Source: a virus
DNA length: 64,000 nucleotides
Virus record (IMG/VR): IMGVR_UViG_3300036826_000357
Location: 1-64,000 of that record
Reading direction: 5' to 3' (one strand)
Positions 1-9,649 of the stretch are shown one piece after another. The notes beneath the pieces are model-generated. The model was not told the origin of the DNA. It ran no database searches and worked only from the letters and a program-made list of their open reading frames with translations. Position 1 is the first letter of the stretch; the number at the start of each line of letters is the position of its first letter. The position numbers were made by a program, and so were the translations under genes.

Positions 1-405
1 GCGATTGGCCACGATGGTCTGTGTACCGGAAGTCCATGAGACAACGCGGACAATTTCCCACAGATCCGGGGATGTCGCATACCGACCCGCTAACAGCAGC
101 CCGGTGGGATCAAGTCCCGTCGCCTGAGTCTGTAGGACCGTAGACGAAAGCTTGATGTTCGTCTGCCCGGAACTGGATGATGTGGCTGTCGTGCCGCCTC
201 CATCATCCGGGTAGAAGCCCGACGCGGTGGACACCTGCGTCGCAATCTTCCGCGCAATCGACTGGTAGCCATGCGTAAAACCAGCCGGCGCTTTGGGTAA
301 GGCAGTGCCTGTCCAGCCCTCGACAGGCTCCGCATCATAAATTAGGGACGGGAGAAACTCCGAGCCGCCCCCCGGAATCGTCCGTTCATGCCGCGTTACT
401 GGCAT
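1..405 (-). CDS. Putative virion structural protein, N-terminal part (runs off left edge; absent from ORF track)
   Basis: ATG at 405 directly abuts HNH stop; open frame to position 1 (MPVTRHERTIPGGGSEFLPS...WEIVRVVSWTSGTQTIVANR), Thr/Ser/Gly-rich. Confidence 0.6.
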   Translation of the reverse strand, partial: MPVTRHERTIPGGGSEFLPSLIYDAEPVEGWTGTALPKAPAGFTHGYQSIARKIATQVSTASGFYPDDGGGTTATSSSSGQTNIKLSSTVLQTQATGLDPTGLLLAGRYATSPDLWEIVRVVSWTSGTQTIVANR

Positions 406-1065
406 CTATTCAGGACTCAATTTCGCCCGTAATAGAAGCAGTTCCGCCTGCATCGCCTTCAGATTCTCTTTCTGCCGCTGCCGATAGCGCGCTGTAGCTT
501 GCTGCCGCGCCTTATACCCTCTCTCACTCCTCTCATAGGCTTTTACACTTTCCGGATGCGCCTGCCTCCACCGAGCCTGTCTCAGCCGAGCATTTTCTCG
601 TCCCTGCTCACTATGGATGTATGTGTGTATACGATCTGGATGACGCTCCCGAAATAATTGCGTGCGCAATGCGCAACACAATTTGCATTGCCGGGCTCCG
701 ACATTATCGATGAATCCATACTGATCGAATCTGTGCCCGCGTTTACACTCCTCTTTCCTGGCATTGTTTGCCGCCGGTCCAGTCCCTCGAAGAATGTTCT
801 CTTTAATCGCTACATCTTCGAGATGGTCCGGATTGACACATGCGGTATTCCGACAGAGATGATCGATGGAACGGGACGGCCATATACCACGCGCGATGCG
901 GAAACTAACTCGGTGGGCATACATCGTAACCCCACCAGCCTTAAGCCTGCCGTATCCATTCGGAGTCAGCTTCCCCAGCCACAGTCGGCAACCCGTCGAA
1001 GTAGCCTCGCCCATCAGAGCCTGGAACCGTTGAACGACATCCGCCGTAATTTCTATTTCCTTCAT
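406..1065 (-). CDS. HNH homing endonuclease
   Basis: CRLWLG...GYG...AHRVSF...IDHLCRNTACVNPDHL...CKRGH motifs; ATG at 1065 preferred over 1101. Confidence 0.9.
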   Translation of the reverse strand: MKEIEITADVVQRFQALMGEATSTGCRLWLGKLTPNGYGRLKAGGVTMYAHRVSFRIARGIWPSRSIDHLCRNTACVNPDHLEDVAIKENILRGTGPAANNARKEECKRGHRFDQYGFIDNVGARQCKLCCALRTQLFRERHPDRIHTYIHSEQGRENARLRQARWRQAHPESVKAYERSERGYKARQQATARYRQRQKENLKAMQAELLLLRAKLSPE

Positions 1066-1107
1066 GCTGGCCCAGGTAGCAGACCAGCAGGCGAGAGTCA
1101 ATCCAAG

Positions 1108-1908
1108 TCAGGTAAATGAAAGGGTTACTGTGACGTTCAACGTATCGCCATTCAGAACCGCGCGAGAGCCGGCGGCGAAGTCTGCGGCAGAATAGAGCGT
1201 ACCGAGTGTGCCGGCCTTGACGCCAAGATCACACATGAATGCACCGTAGATCGTGGCTGTACCGTTGATATTGAATACGCACACAGTACCGCCCGAGCCG
1301 GTATCATTCGCAATGCCACGGCCGGAGCCAACAACCTTCAGCGATCCATGGAGGAACGGCGTCCGCGTCGCATTCGAGTACGCGGTCGATTCCGTCCAGC
1401 CCTTCGATGCCATCGTATCCGTGGTAGCAACCGCAGTGGCCGAGCCCTTGAGGCCGATGAACAGGCGATCCGCTGCCTGCCACGTCGCGGTGTTATCCGT
1501 GATGGTGTACGTGGTCGCCGCCGTGGCGCTGTACGCTGGGGTCGGCCAGGTCGGTTCGGTCGATGCATGGGATGTCCCAGCAATCGAACAGACCCAGTAC
1601 CGCGTGCCTGGAGAGGCTACCGGCTTGACATATTGACCGACTGAATACGCCGTACCAACAGCCCAGCCGTTAGGAAGCCGCCGCCCATCACCAGCATTCG
1701 TGCCCATGAATGTGCGGTTCGTCACGAAGTCCATCCCGACATCGGGATTGACGTTCCAGAAGCTCTCAGTCCACTTCAACTGACCGTGTGCATCGTAGCA
1801 CTCGATCAGGTAATGCCCGCGACTTTTCGACGGGACATCAATCAGCGACTTGGCTTGTAACGTCGCTCCGATCTGCAATTCCGCCTTGGCTTCCTGCCCG
1901 GTCTGCAT
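1108..1908 (-). CDS. Virion structural protein with carbohydrate-binding-like insert
   Basis: GGAGGGG RBS before ATG 1908; WAVGTAYSVGQYV...AGTS...EPTWP motif; ends GDTLNVTVTLSFT like tail proteins. Confidence 0.65.
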   Translation of the reverse strand: MQTGQEAKAELQIGATLQAKSLIDVPSKSRGHYLIECYDAHGQLKWTESFWNVNPDVGMDFVTNRTFMGTNAGDGRRLPNGWAVGTAYSVGQYVKPVASPGTRYWVCSIAGTSHASTEPTWPTPAYSATAATTYTITDNTATWQAADRLFIGLKGSATAVATTDTMASKGWTESTAYSNATRTPFLHGSLKVVGSGRGIANDTGSGGTVCVFNINGTATIYGAFMCDLGVKAGTLGTLYSAADFAAGSRAVLNGDTLNVTVTLSFT

Positions 1909-1995
1909 GCTGCCCCTCCACCTTCCGCCAATGCACGCAGATCGTCCGCGCGCCAAACCACCTGTACCGCAGTGATCGGAATGTCGTCAACGTTC

Positions 1996-3972
1996 TCAAC
2001 GCGGGATGCTTCGACGGATAACACTCACCCGCATGGCAGAGCGACGTTGGATCGGCGTATCCGCATGCGTAGCATTGGTCCATGTCTCCGACCGATGTGC
2101 CAGTACATGGATGACACCCGCTGTTGCGTCGGCTACATCCTTTGTCCCAGGAATACGGCGTCCATTCGCATCTACTGTCCATTCAGGGTGATCGATCTTG
2201 CCGGTCTTTTCGTCACGTTCCAGGGCTACAATCTCTTGCATCCATGGCACGTAACGATATGTCTTCAACCGCCGGTCGTAGATAGCCTGTTTCAGATCAC
2301 CGTAGGCAGTGTCTTTCTCCACGGAGACAATGCCCGTCTTAAAGCCGCGCAGCCGGAGGTTTTGGAGTGTAGCCACAGATTGAAACGAATCAGCGGAAAC
2401 CCACTGAATGGGAATCATGATTTCGTCGCGGAGCCGGATCACTAATTCGCCGACATCGGCGAGGATCACTTCGTCACCAGGGGGAGAGATAATACGGAGC
2501 ATGGCTTCGATGACGAATACCGGGAGCCGCTCAACATAGATACGACGGTCATCAATCTCGCGCACTTCGATGGGCCGGCGCTCCGCATCGGCAATCGCCA
2601 CATCCACTGCCGTCCGCTCAATCTCGACCACTCCGGCGGTGTAGCCCATGGCAAAGCCGGTGGCATCGGGACGGCCGAGCCCGAAGTCCAAATGGACGGC
2701 CCGGGGGGATTTGACCATGTGGTCAAAAAACTGCGGGAAGACTCGGAGGCCATCCCGGAGGGTTGTGACTTCGAGGGAGAAGGGATGGCTCCGGTCATCT
2801 TGAAAGCAGTGCTCGATGGCGTTGCGTCGGGCGATGTAGGGCCGGAGCGAGAGCGTCGATCGGCCGGCAATCTCTCGGAGGGCTTGATCGGTGTCCCGCT
2901 CGAAGTCCTTCCGGTACTCCACCGGCACTTCGACCACATCAGTGATGCCAACGTGGTCCGGAACCGGATCCTCGTCCTTAAGCACACGACTCGGCGAGGT
3001 ACCGTGCCCGACGACAACGCGGAACCGGGGGCCGAGCAGCCGATCCTCCTTCGTGCCCCACTGCGGCAGATCAGCCACATAGATCATAGAGACGCCGGTC
3101 TGCACGATATCGGCGTGAGCTTCGGCAATCTTGCGCTCCGTGAAGTCGTCCGGGTAGCGCTTAGACGAGACCATGATGAGCTTACCCGGGAGCCGGCCGA
3201 ATTGCATGAAGCGGGATTTCATGCGGCGGCTGAGACTCTCGTAGTTCGCGACGGCTACATCATGGACTTCGCCACCGTAGGGTCCACCGTAGGGTCGACG
3301 CTTTGAACGGGTCACCACCGGCATAAAGTTTGCCTCGTCCATGATGGCAAACATCACGTTCAAACCGATGGCTGCGGTATCGAGCCCGGAAATGGGACGC
3401 ATGACGATCGATCCGCGCCCCAGTAACAGTTCTGTCCGTCGTGGATCGAGTGGACATGCCTCCCTGAAGTACGGGCTTTTGGCGATGAGCCGGGCGATAT
3501 TGCCGAACAGGACGTTCTGAGCGTGCTCCTTGGATATCGATTGCATGATGAAAACAATCGATGACTCTTCCGCCAGCCCGTACTCCTTCTGCGGATTCAG
3601 CAGGCAACTCACTCGGTACAATTCGTAGGCAAAGAGTAGATCAGCCGTATACGATTTGCCCCAGCCGATTCCGCCCGTCAGCACTACTTCGGTGTAATCC
3701 CCGGTGACAATCTCATGCAGAATCTCAAGTACCTTGGGGAAAACCTGTGGATTACCGTTCACATCATCAGAGAGTCCGAGAAAGTACGGGTCTTTCACGA
3801 ACGTCTCGATGGGAACCGGCTTCCATTTCCACCGGCACAGGTCTTGGAGCGGCGCAGTGTCTCCCTGCAACGCCGCGTTGACGGCTGCGAGATACTCTTC
3901 GCGCTCTATCGAGTTGGGCAGTTGGGCAGCGACATCGATGAGACGCTGAATCGCCGGATCATGGTCCAGCAT
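1996..3972 (-). CDS. terL: Terminase large subunit
   Basis: Walker A GGIGWGKS, Walker B AIMDEANF, RNase H-like HLDFG...DATG, ADSFQS, IDHP...KDVADA. Confidence 0.92.
   Translation of the reverse strand: MLDHDPAIQRLIDVAAQLPNSIEREEYLAAVNAALQGDTAPLQDLCRWKWKPVPIETFVKDPYFLGLSDDVNGNPQVFPKVLEILHEIVTGDYTEVVLTGGIGWGKSYTADLLFAYELYRVSCLLNPQKEYGLAEESSIVFIMQSISKEHAQNVLFGNIARLIAKSPYFREACPLDPRRTELLLGRGSIVMRPISGLDTAAIGLNVMFAIMDEANFMPVVTRSKRRPYGGPYGGEVHDVAVANYESLSRRMKSRFMQFGRLPGKLIMVSSKRYPDDFTERKIAEAHADIVQTGVSMIYVADLPQWGTKEDRLLGPRFRVVVGHGTSPSRVLKDEDPVPDHVGITDVVEVPVEYRKDFERDTDQALREIAGRSTLSLRPYIARRNAIEHCFQDDRSHPFSLEVTTLRDGLRVFPQFFDHMVKSPRAVHLDFGLGRPDATGFAMGYTAGVVEIERTAVDVAIADAERRPIEVREIDDRRIYVERLPVFVIEAMLRIISPPGDEVILADVGELVIRLRDEIMIPIQWVSADSFQSVATLQNLRLRGFKTGIVSVEKDTAYGDLKQAIYDRRLKTYRYVPWMQEIVALERDEKTGKIDHPEWTVDANGRRIPGTKDVADATAGVIHVLAHRSETWTNATHADTPIQRRSAMRVSVIRRSIPR
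2710..2727. promoter_or_regulatory. One-mismatch copy of 18-bp palindrome inside terL
   Basis: TTTGACCATGTGGTCAAA. Confidence 0.6.
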
Positions 3973-4462
3973 GGATGGCTGCCATCACGGCAGTCGCCTC
4001 TGCCAGCACTGCCAGCATATCGAATGGATCGTCGGTATCCTCGGGATCCTCTTCCCAATTCACCAGGATGGTGGTCGACCAATCAGTCACCGGGCGGCTG
4101 AGGAGTCCAGGGCCAGGACGCGGGGGGAGCCGTTTCGCAATGGCCAGGAACAATGGGCGGAGCCGTTCGTGACTCCGGCCACAGACCGTCACCACCTGCT
4201 CAAATGAAAAAGGCCAGGACGTATTGTCACTGGCCCAATCGATGACTTCCCACGCCGCGTCGATTTCCCAATCGGTCATGGGATCGAGTCCACGCTCCAA
4301 TTCGCGCAATGCTTGCTGGAAGACCGCCCGCATCAGCTTTTGGAGCCACGGTGGGAAGGGAGATTCCGGCTCCGATTGCAGCGATGTCAGAATCCCGAGA
4401 CTCGACCAGATTCCCCGCTCATCGCAGCGTACTAAGCAGGGCGTACTATCCGGATTTGCCAT
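3959..4462 (-). CDS. Conserved hypothetical protein (paralog of 11119-11601)
   Basis: KLMRAVFQQA...W...SWPFSFEQVVTVCG...LR motif; overlaps terL start. Confidence 0.6.
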   Translation of the reverse strand: MANPDSTPCLVRCDERGIWSSLGILTSLQSEPESPFPPWLQKLMRAVFQQALRELERGLDPMTDWEIDAAWEVIDWASDNTSWPFSFEQVVTVCGRSHERLRPLFLAIAKRLPPRPGPGLLSRPVTDWSTTILVNWEEDPEDTDDPFDMLAVLAEATAVMAAIHAGP

Positions 4463-4623
4463 GGTTTCCGCTCCAGAGTGATCCCCCGCCCCGTTTTCTC
4501 AACCGCCGTCCGCTCCACAAACTCCGGTACGTACACCACCACACGCGTGGGCTTCCGTTCAATGATTCGGCAGGCAACCCATTTTCCGCCGACCAGCGTT
4601 TCGTACGTGCACTCGTCGGTCAC
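4432..4623 (-). CDS. Small hypothetical protein
   Basis: GTG at 4623 overlaps the stop of 4620-4934 (MTDECTYETLVGGKW...). Confidence 0.45.
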   Translation of the reverse strand: MTDECTYETLVGGKWVACRIIERKPTRVVVYVPEFVERTAVEKTGRGITLERKPWQIRIVRPA

Positions 4624-4934
4624 GGTTCCTTTTTCGGCGGGAACGGTTCCTTTTGTGGCAATGGCGGGAACACCGGGGCCTTTATCAGCGGCAGCAATTG
4701 CGAGGCAGTCACTCGCGCCTGCGGATCGAGTGGCGTACTCGGCAAGCCAAAGAAGACCGCCATCATCGCCAGCCCCGCCTTCCACGTTCCCGCCCCATGC
4801 TCCGACAGCCCCGGCGGTACCCAACCCATGGCAATGATCGCCCCGAGCAGCCCGCCGCCGTACTTAATCAGAGTGCGAATCAAGTTCTTGAACGCATCCT
4901 CATCATCCCGGACGCGGTGCCACCACGCGAGCAT
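4620..4934 (-). CDS. Putative holin / two-TM membrane protein
   Basis: 104 aa, two hydrophobic segments, Pro/Lys-rich C-terminus. Confidence 0.45.
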   Translation of the reverse strand: MLAWWHRVRDDEDAFKNLIRTLIKYGGGLLGAIIAMGWVPPGLSEHGAGTWKAGLAMMAVFFGLPSTPLDPQARVTASQLLPLIKAPVFPPLPQKEPFPPKKEP

Positions 4935-5131
4935 AACCCCTCCCCCCCTTTAACACGGCGGAATAGCACTATTCGGATAGCGAAACAAGCGGACAGGCAG
5001 TAACTGTGCTTTCTTCTTGGTCTTAATCACCAGCTTCTTTCAGATACTCGTCTTAGTCCTCCTTTGGATATTCCTACAGGCTTTCCGCATCTGCCTGTCG
5101 AACGGTCAGGCAACATGCTACGCAGCGCACC

Positions 5132-5506
5132 ATGGCGACGGAAGTCGATAGTGCGCTCGCGGAAATCACCGACGCACTCGCCACGATCGGCCCGGAAATC
5201 GAGGGGCTACTCGATTACGACCGGATGCTCGACAAGCCGGAAGAGAAGGACGCCAAGAACGCCGTGGCGGAACTGTACCAGCAGTACAAGCGGCGCAGCG
5301 ACAAGCTCACCATCGCGAAAGATGCGCTCAATGACTTGCTGTCAGACGGCTATCCGGCCGTCGAGTCCGGCCATGTGTCCAGCGAAGTCCTGGCCACGTT
5401 AACCGACAACCGCGACACCGTACTCGCCGCATTCGGACAATTCGTCGCCGATCAAGTCAGTGGTGGCGACATCACGTTGGGCGATCCCGTTCCGAAGGAC
5501 AAGTAA
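5132..5506 (+). CDS. Acidic helical hypothetical protein
   Basis: Coiled-coil-like; C-terminal QVSGGDITLGDPVPK. Confidence 0.7.
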   Translation: MATEVDSALAEITDALATIGPEIEGLLDYDRMLDKPEEKDAKNAVAELYQQYKRRSDKLTIAKDALNDLLSDGYPAVESGHVSSEVLATLTDNRDTVLAAFGQFVADQVSGGDITLGDPVPKDK

Positions 5507-5538
5507 CAGAGTGCGCTCCGTCCGAAAGGAGATACGCA

Positions 5539-5847
5539 ATGACCACGGAGGAGAAAATTCCATTTACGGTGCAATTCACCAAGCCCGATGGATCGCCGGG
5601 TGAAGTAGACGATATTCCGGTCTACTCTGTCGATCCGGCAGGCATCGCCGAAGTTATCAATATCGGCGCAGACGGACTGAGCGGAGAACTCTCCGCACTC
5701 GCAGTCGGGGCCGGTACACTCTCCTGCGATGGAGACGCCGACCTTGGCGATGGCGTGGTCCACGTCGTGTTGACGGCACAGTTCTCCGTCACCGATGTGC
5801 AGGTCACCGGGGGCACGATTTCACTCGGTGCTCCCGTTCCGAAGTAA
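5539..5847 (+). CDS. Ig-like beta-sandwich protein
   Basis: AAGGAG RBS; beta-strand pattern; C-terminal QVTGGTISLGAPVPK. Confidence 0.65.
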   Translation: MTTEEKIPFTVQFTKPDGSPGEVDDIPVYSVDPAGIAEVINIGADGLSGELSALAVGAGTLSCDGDADLGDGVVHVVLTAQFSVTDVQVTGGTISLGAPVPK

Positions 5848-5941
5848 ACGGCTTCCTCCAGGGGCAGCAATTCGGCCCACAAACTCCACCCAGAGCCCGC
5901 TGGGTTGCTGTCCCCTGCCCAATTCGGAGAGGTTCCCGGCA

Positions 5942-6088
5942 ATGATACGACGCCTACTCGCTGCGACTGCCCTGGCCCTACTCGCGGCCGGCTGTGCCTT
6001 GTGCAAGCCGGAGCCGCCTCCATGCCCAACCTGTCCCACCTGCCAGTCGTGTCCTCCGCCCGTGGTGACACAGCGTCGCGGCGGCTGA
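5942..6088 (+). CDS. Small Pro/Cys-rich lipoprotein (o-spanin-like?)
   Basis: MIRRLLAATALALLAAG-C lipobox followed by PEPPPCPTCPTC. Confidence 0.55.
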   Translation: MIRRLLAATALALLAAGCALCKPEPPPCPTCPTCQSCPPPVVTQRRGG

Positions 6089-6709
6089 GTGCTCGACCGC
6101 ATCGTTGAGCTAGCAGCGGGATCAGATTACGACTTCCGGGTCCATGCCAACCCGGACGATCCACTCACCGTCTGCTTCGATGCGTGGGTACCGTACTACC
6201 GGCTCAAATGGGCGATAGCTCGTGCCATCAAGCCGGAGCGCATCTTGGAAATCGGCATCCGGTACGGCTACGGAGCCCGATCATTCCTCGAAGGCTACCC
6301 AGACGCAGCGTACACCGGCATCGATAACGACTCGGCGGAGTACGGCGGCGTGGTCGGCGCGATCAAGTACGCCGGTTCAATGCTCGCCGGGTGTGGGCGG
6401 AGTGTGGCGATCCATCGAGCGGACTCCCAGCAACTCAACCCATTTCCCGGCGGCTACTACGATCTGATCCATGTGGACGGCCGACAGGACTTTCCCGGCT
6501 TCCTCAGTGACGGGCTGAAGGCACTGAAGCAGGGCCGGTACATCCTCATGGATGGCATCTACCATACCGAGACGAACCAGGAAGCTGCCCGTACCCTGGT
6601 ACAGGATCACCTGGCAGAAATTGCCTGGTACGGTGTTATCCCGCGTCCGTATGGCGATCTGCTGATTGCGACTCTGCCCATGCCTGGTGCCGATCAATCG
6701 TCCGCATAA
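6089..6709 (+). CDS. Class I SAM-dependent methyltransferase (Methyltransf_24-like)
   Basis: ILEIGIRYGYG, YTGID, DSQ, YDLIHVDG motifs. Confidence 0.85.
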   Translation: MLDRIVELAAGSDYDFRVHANPDDPLTVCFDAWVPYYRLKWAIARAIKPERILEIGIRYGYGARSFLEGYPDAAYTGIDNDSAEYGGVVGAIKYAGSMLAGCGRSVAIHRADSQQLNPFPGGYYDLIHVDGRQDFPGFLSDGLKALKQGRYILMDGIYHTETNQEAARTLVQDHLAEIAWYGVIPRPYGDLLIATLPMPGADQSSA

Positions 6710-6817
6710 TCCCGCAGCGTCGACACTGCTGCGGGATATGCCCAGCCGGTACCTTCATCCAGAGTCGTCCCGTGTAGTCATCCCAGCAATGCGTGTGATC
6801 GTGTTCTCTCATCCAGC

Positions 6818-8104
6818 TTAGTTTACCGTCACGGATGCGGGCACGCAATAGTCGTCCACGCTGTCGATCTTTTCCTGCGCCGTCAACCAATATGACCCGA
6901 CGAACACGGAATCAGGGAAGGGACGGCGAATGTCAGGGAAGTTGTTCGCACACAGATACGTGATGCTGGGCGGGGTCGAGCCGAGCAGACTCGCCGGCAG
7001 ACAGATGTTGCGAGTGCTGCGCGTCTTCCCGGTATTCGGGCCGAACTGATCTTCCCAACTGATCGCCTGCCGAACGGACTTCGAGAAGTTGTAGCACGCC
7101 CACACCGACGTGAGCGGCTGTGCCGGCGGCAGATTGTTCAAGTCCTTCACGGCATTAATGAGCACGAAAGACCGTCCACCGAGTTGGTCGGTAAACGTGC
7201 CGAGACCTGGTGCCGTCACGGTAAGTGTCGGACGCGGATTCGGCAGCGGCAAATCGAAGTCGGAGAAGCCCAAGATATGCGGCCCGAAGACATCATTCGG
7301 CAGCGCAGGAGTAAAGATCCGCCGTGCCGTCAGGCGCTCCGGGTCAGGAACAGACGCATCAACGATGCCCAGAATGGGAATGTCCATCAAGCCGCCGGTC
7401 TGCGCCACCACGCGCTGATTCTTGATCTGGTAGCCAACGATCGGACCCACTTCCGGGCAGACTTCGATCTTACTCGTCTGCTGACCACCAGAGACGAGGT
7501 TCCCGTTGTCACATTCGGCCACATCGTATCGAATCAACTGGAAGATGGAGTCGCCCGGATCGGCGATGACATTGAGTTGGAACGACAGCGAGCAGAAGCC
7601 AGGAGGGGTCGGACTGTTCTCCGGAATCACCAACGGAGCCGGCGAGACCGTCAACGTGATCGTGCCGGGACTCGGGAGCGGCGTATTGTTGGCCAGGCCC
7701 GTCGAGAACGTGACACCGCAGTCCGTCGTGATGGTCGAATCACCCACCCACTGAATGCGTGGCCCACCGGGACGCGGATTGCAGATCGGAGTAACGAACG
7801 GCTGACAATCCGAATCGAAACCCAACGCAGACAGATCAAGCTGCGTACCGAACAGGATCTCGCCGGCACCGAGACCAGCACTGACCGTGATCGGCTGTCC
7901 CGAATCGAGGCAGCAGTCGCAGTTACCCGTGGTCTGATCCGCCGTACAGTGCTGCGCCGGATCGGCCGAGACACACGCCGGGAAAGCAGGCTCAACAATA
8001 CTCGGGTAGTCCAGATTGATAAATCCGTTGCAGGTTCCGATGGTCTGTGCCGCCGCACTCCCCACCATTGCGACCAGTCCAAGCAGCAAACCTGTGGTTT
8101 TCAT
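6818..8104 (-). CDS. Secreted Cys-rich protein
   Basis: Signal peptide MKTTGLLLGLVAMVGSAAA-Q; ACY...EDQFG...ICLPAS...YLC motif; AGGAGGGAG RBS. Confidence 0.75.
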   Translation of the reverse strand: MKTTGLLLGLVAMVGSAAAQTIGTCNGFINLDYPSIVEPAFPACVSADPAQHCTADQTTGNCDCCLDSGQPITVSAGLGAGEILFGTQLDLSALGFDSDCQPFVTPICNPRPGGPRIQWVGDSTITTDCGVTFSTGLANNTPLPSPGTITLTVSPAPLVIPENSPTPPGFCSLSFQLNVIADPGDSIFQLIRYDVAECDNGNLVSGGQQTSKIEVCPEVGPIVGYQIKNQRVVAQTGGLMDIPILGIVDASVPDPERLTARRIFTPALPNDVFGPHILGFSDFDLPLPNPRPTLTVTAPGLGTFTDQLGGRSFVLINAVKDLNNLPPAQPLTSVWACYNFSKSVRQAISWEDQFGPNTGKTRSTRNICLPASLLGSTPPSITYLCANNFPDIRRPFPDSVFVGSYWLTAQEKIDSVDDYCVPASVTVN

Positions 8105-8135
8105 TGGGATTTACTCCCTCCTTGGTGAGAAGTTA

Positions 8136-8444
8136 TCACATATCCCGATGGTACTGTCTACAGAAACCGCAATACTGCTCTTTGATATCCACCGGGTGAT
8201 GACTCTCCCGATCACACTGCGGACAGATGATCGAGTTGGCGGTCCCGGGCGCAGTGCTTTTCATCCAGCGTTCGACCGCCCATGCGTAATCGTTAAACTG
8301 GCGGAGTAGTTCAGCAGCGGAGTAATGCCCATTGTCCTCCAGATACTGCGCCGCATTACGCATACGCTCAAAGTCCCGGTCTGTAGGACGAAAGTCCAGC
8401 GCACCGATCAGTTTTCCCAGCATCACTGCATCCCTACGAATCAC
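8136..8444 (-). CDS. Hypothetical Zn-finger protein
   Basis: CPQC...HHP...YCGFC. Confidence 0.6.
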   Translation of the reverse strand: MIRRDAVMLGKLIGALDFRPTDRDFERMRNAAQYLEDNGHYSAAELLRQFNDYAWAVERWMKSTAPGTANSIICPQCDRESHHPVDIKEQYCGFCRQYHRDM

Positions 8445-8794
8445 CAGGTCTTCTTATCATCAATCAGCGGGTCGTACTCATGTTCCTGACCCTTCTTCGG
8501 GGGCTTAAATCCAATCTCGTCGTACTTCCCATCCGTGCGGAGAATCCACGCGAGGGCACGGAAGTCAGTCAGACTGGTCTCAGCGCGATGTCTGTACTCA
8601 GAGCAGCGCGTGATCCTGTGCCGTATCAGCACATCGAGAAAGTTACACTTAATGTACTCGATGCCGTCGCCAACGACGACCGTCGAGTGGGCACATGTCG
8701 AGCACAGTTGCCCGTCGAAATTCGCCTGCACTTTGACGTTCATATGTAACTGTGTCGTCCTTTTTCGGTTTTTGATGTCGCTCCAGGTTTTCAT
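8441..8794 (-). CDS. Hypothetical Cys-containing protein
   Basis: CSTCAH...C...C; coupled to neighbour. Confidence 0.6.
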   Translation of the reverse strand: MKTWSDIKNRKRTTQLHMNVKVQANFDGQLCSTCAHSTVVVGDGIEYIKCNFLDVLIRHRITRCSEYRHRAETSLTDFRALAWILRTDGKYDEIGFKPPKKGQEHEYDPLIDDKKTW

Positions 8795-8879
8795 ACCTTC
8801 GCCTCAAGCGACATGTCAGCCGTCTCGGCTGGCGGGCTATTCGCGTTGTGAGACCATGTGGCATTGAAAAATTCCTCCT

Positions 8880-9227
8880 TTACAGTTGCGGTGAACGACG
8901 GGTCTTGTAGTGTGTGTCGCAGTACGTCTTGAGCCAGCCGGGGCCTCTCGGTCCAGGCGCAGGCGCTCCGCAGCGCTCGCAGATTGTTCCTGACCGCTGC
9001 TCTGCCTCATCAACCACCACTTCCATTGCCGTCCGGCGTTCCGGCTTGCTGGCGGTGAAGTAGTATCGCAGCTTGCCGTACTTCTCCTTCACCTGATCGA
9101 CGGTGTACTTCGGATCGATCCGAAGAAGTTGCGCATGAACCTCGGCAATAACCGGGTGCCAGCCTTCCTCCGTCCCAGACGGGATGCGTGGACGCGGGAA
9201 TCCTTCTGGTAGTCCGTCAGGCATCAC
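8880..9227 (-). CDS. Conserved phage hypothetical protein
   Basis: GW...QVKEKYGKLRYY...ICERCG...WLKTYC motif. Confidence 0.75.
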   Translation of the reverse strand: MMPDGLPEGFPRPRIPSGTEEGWHPVIAEVHAQLLRIDPKYTVDQVKEKYGKLRYYFTASKPERRTAMEVVVDEAEQRSGTICERCGAPAPGPRGPGWLKTYCDTHYKTRRSPQL

Positions 9228-9242
9228 GCTTATCCCTGGGTT

Positions 9243-9515
9243 TTAGGCATCGGGGATGGTCAGAATCTCGATGTTGAATGCAGTCAGTGGCCGATTCGGC
9301 TTCCCGTCCGACCGGCGCGGACGGCTCTTGGGGACCGACCGCCACAGTCCGAACGCCGCCGGGTGATCCGACAGCTTCAGCGCCTCGGTCAGATTCGGGG
9401 TCCACTCGAACGAGCCCATGCCGTCGAGTCCCTCCGGATCATACGCGCGCAGATACTCCCCGTTCCAGAGCGGACGGCCATCCGCAAGTCCGCGACTCAC
9501 AATGACAACTGCCAT
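9243..9515 (-). CDS. Hypothetical protein
   Basis: MAVVIVS... start downstream of a TTGACA motif near 9549; RSDGKPNRPLTAF. Confidence 0.55.
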   Translation of the reverse strand: MAVVIVSRGLADGRPLWNGEYLRAYDPEGLDGMGSFEWTPNLTEALKLSDHPAAFGLWRSVPKSRPRRSDGKPNRPLTAFNIEILTIPDA

Positions 9516-9649
9516 GTAGGGGTCGACCTGTAGCAGATAGGTGATCTTTGTCAAGTGGGCCTTCAAGCGGCCCTTCCCGCATGACTTCACACGGGCGCTT
9601 CCCCTGCCTGCTACCATGGTAGGCGACCCCACGGGGGCGGGAGGTTGAC

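Noticed and set aside
406-1107. Group I intron around the HNH
   Set aside because: No room for an intron core; flanking genes have their own stop and start
4992-5099. Inverted repeat GACAGGCAG/CTGCCTGTC in a divergent intergenic region
   Set aside because: 9 bp only, no supporting structure or transposase
5942-6088. Other ORFs ending in GG (also 36656-36973, 11119-11601) as ubiquitin-like
   Set aside because: Lipoprotein or basic low-complexity tails; GG endings are common by chance at this GC content
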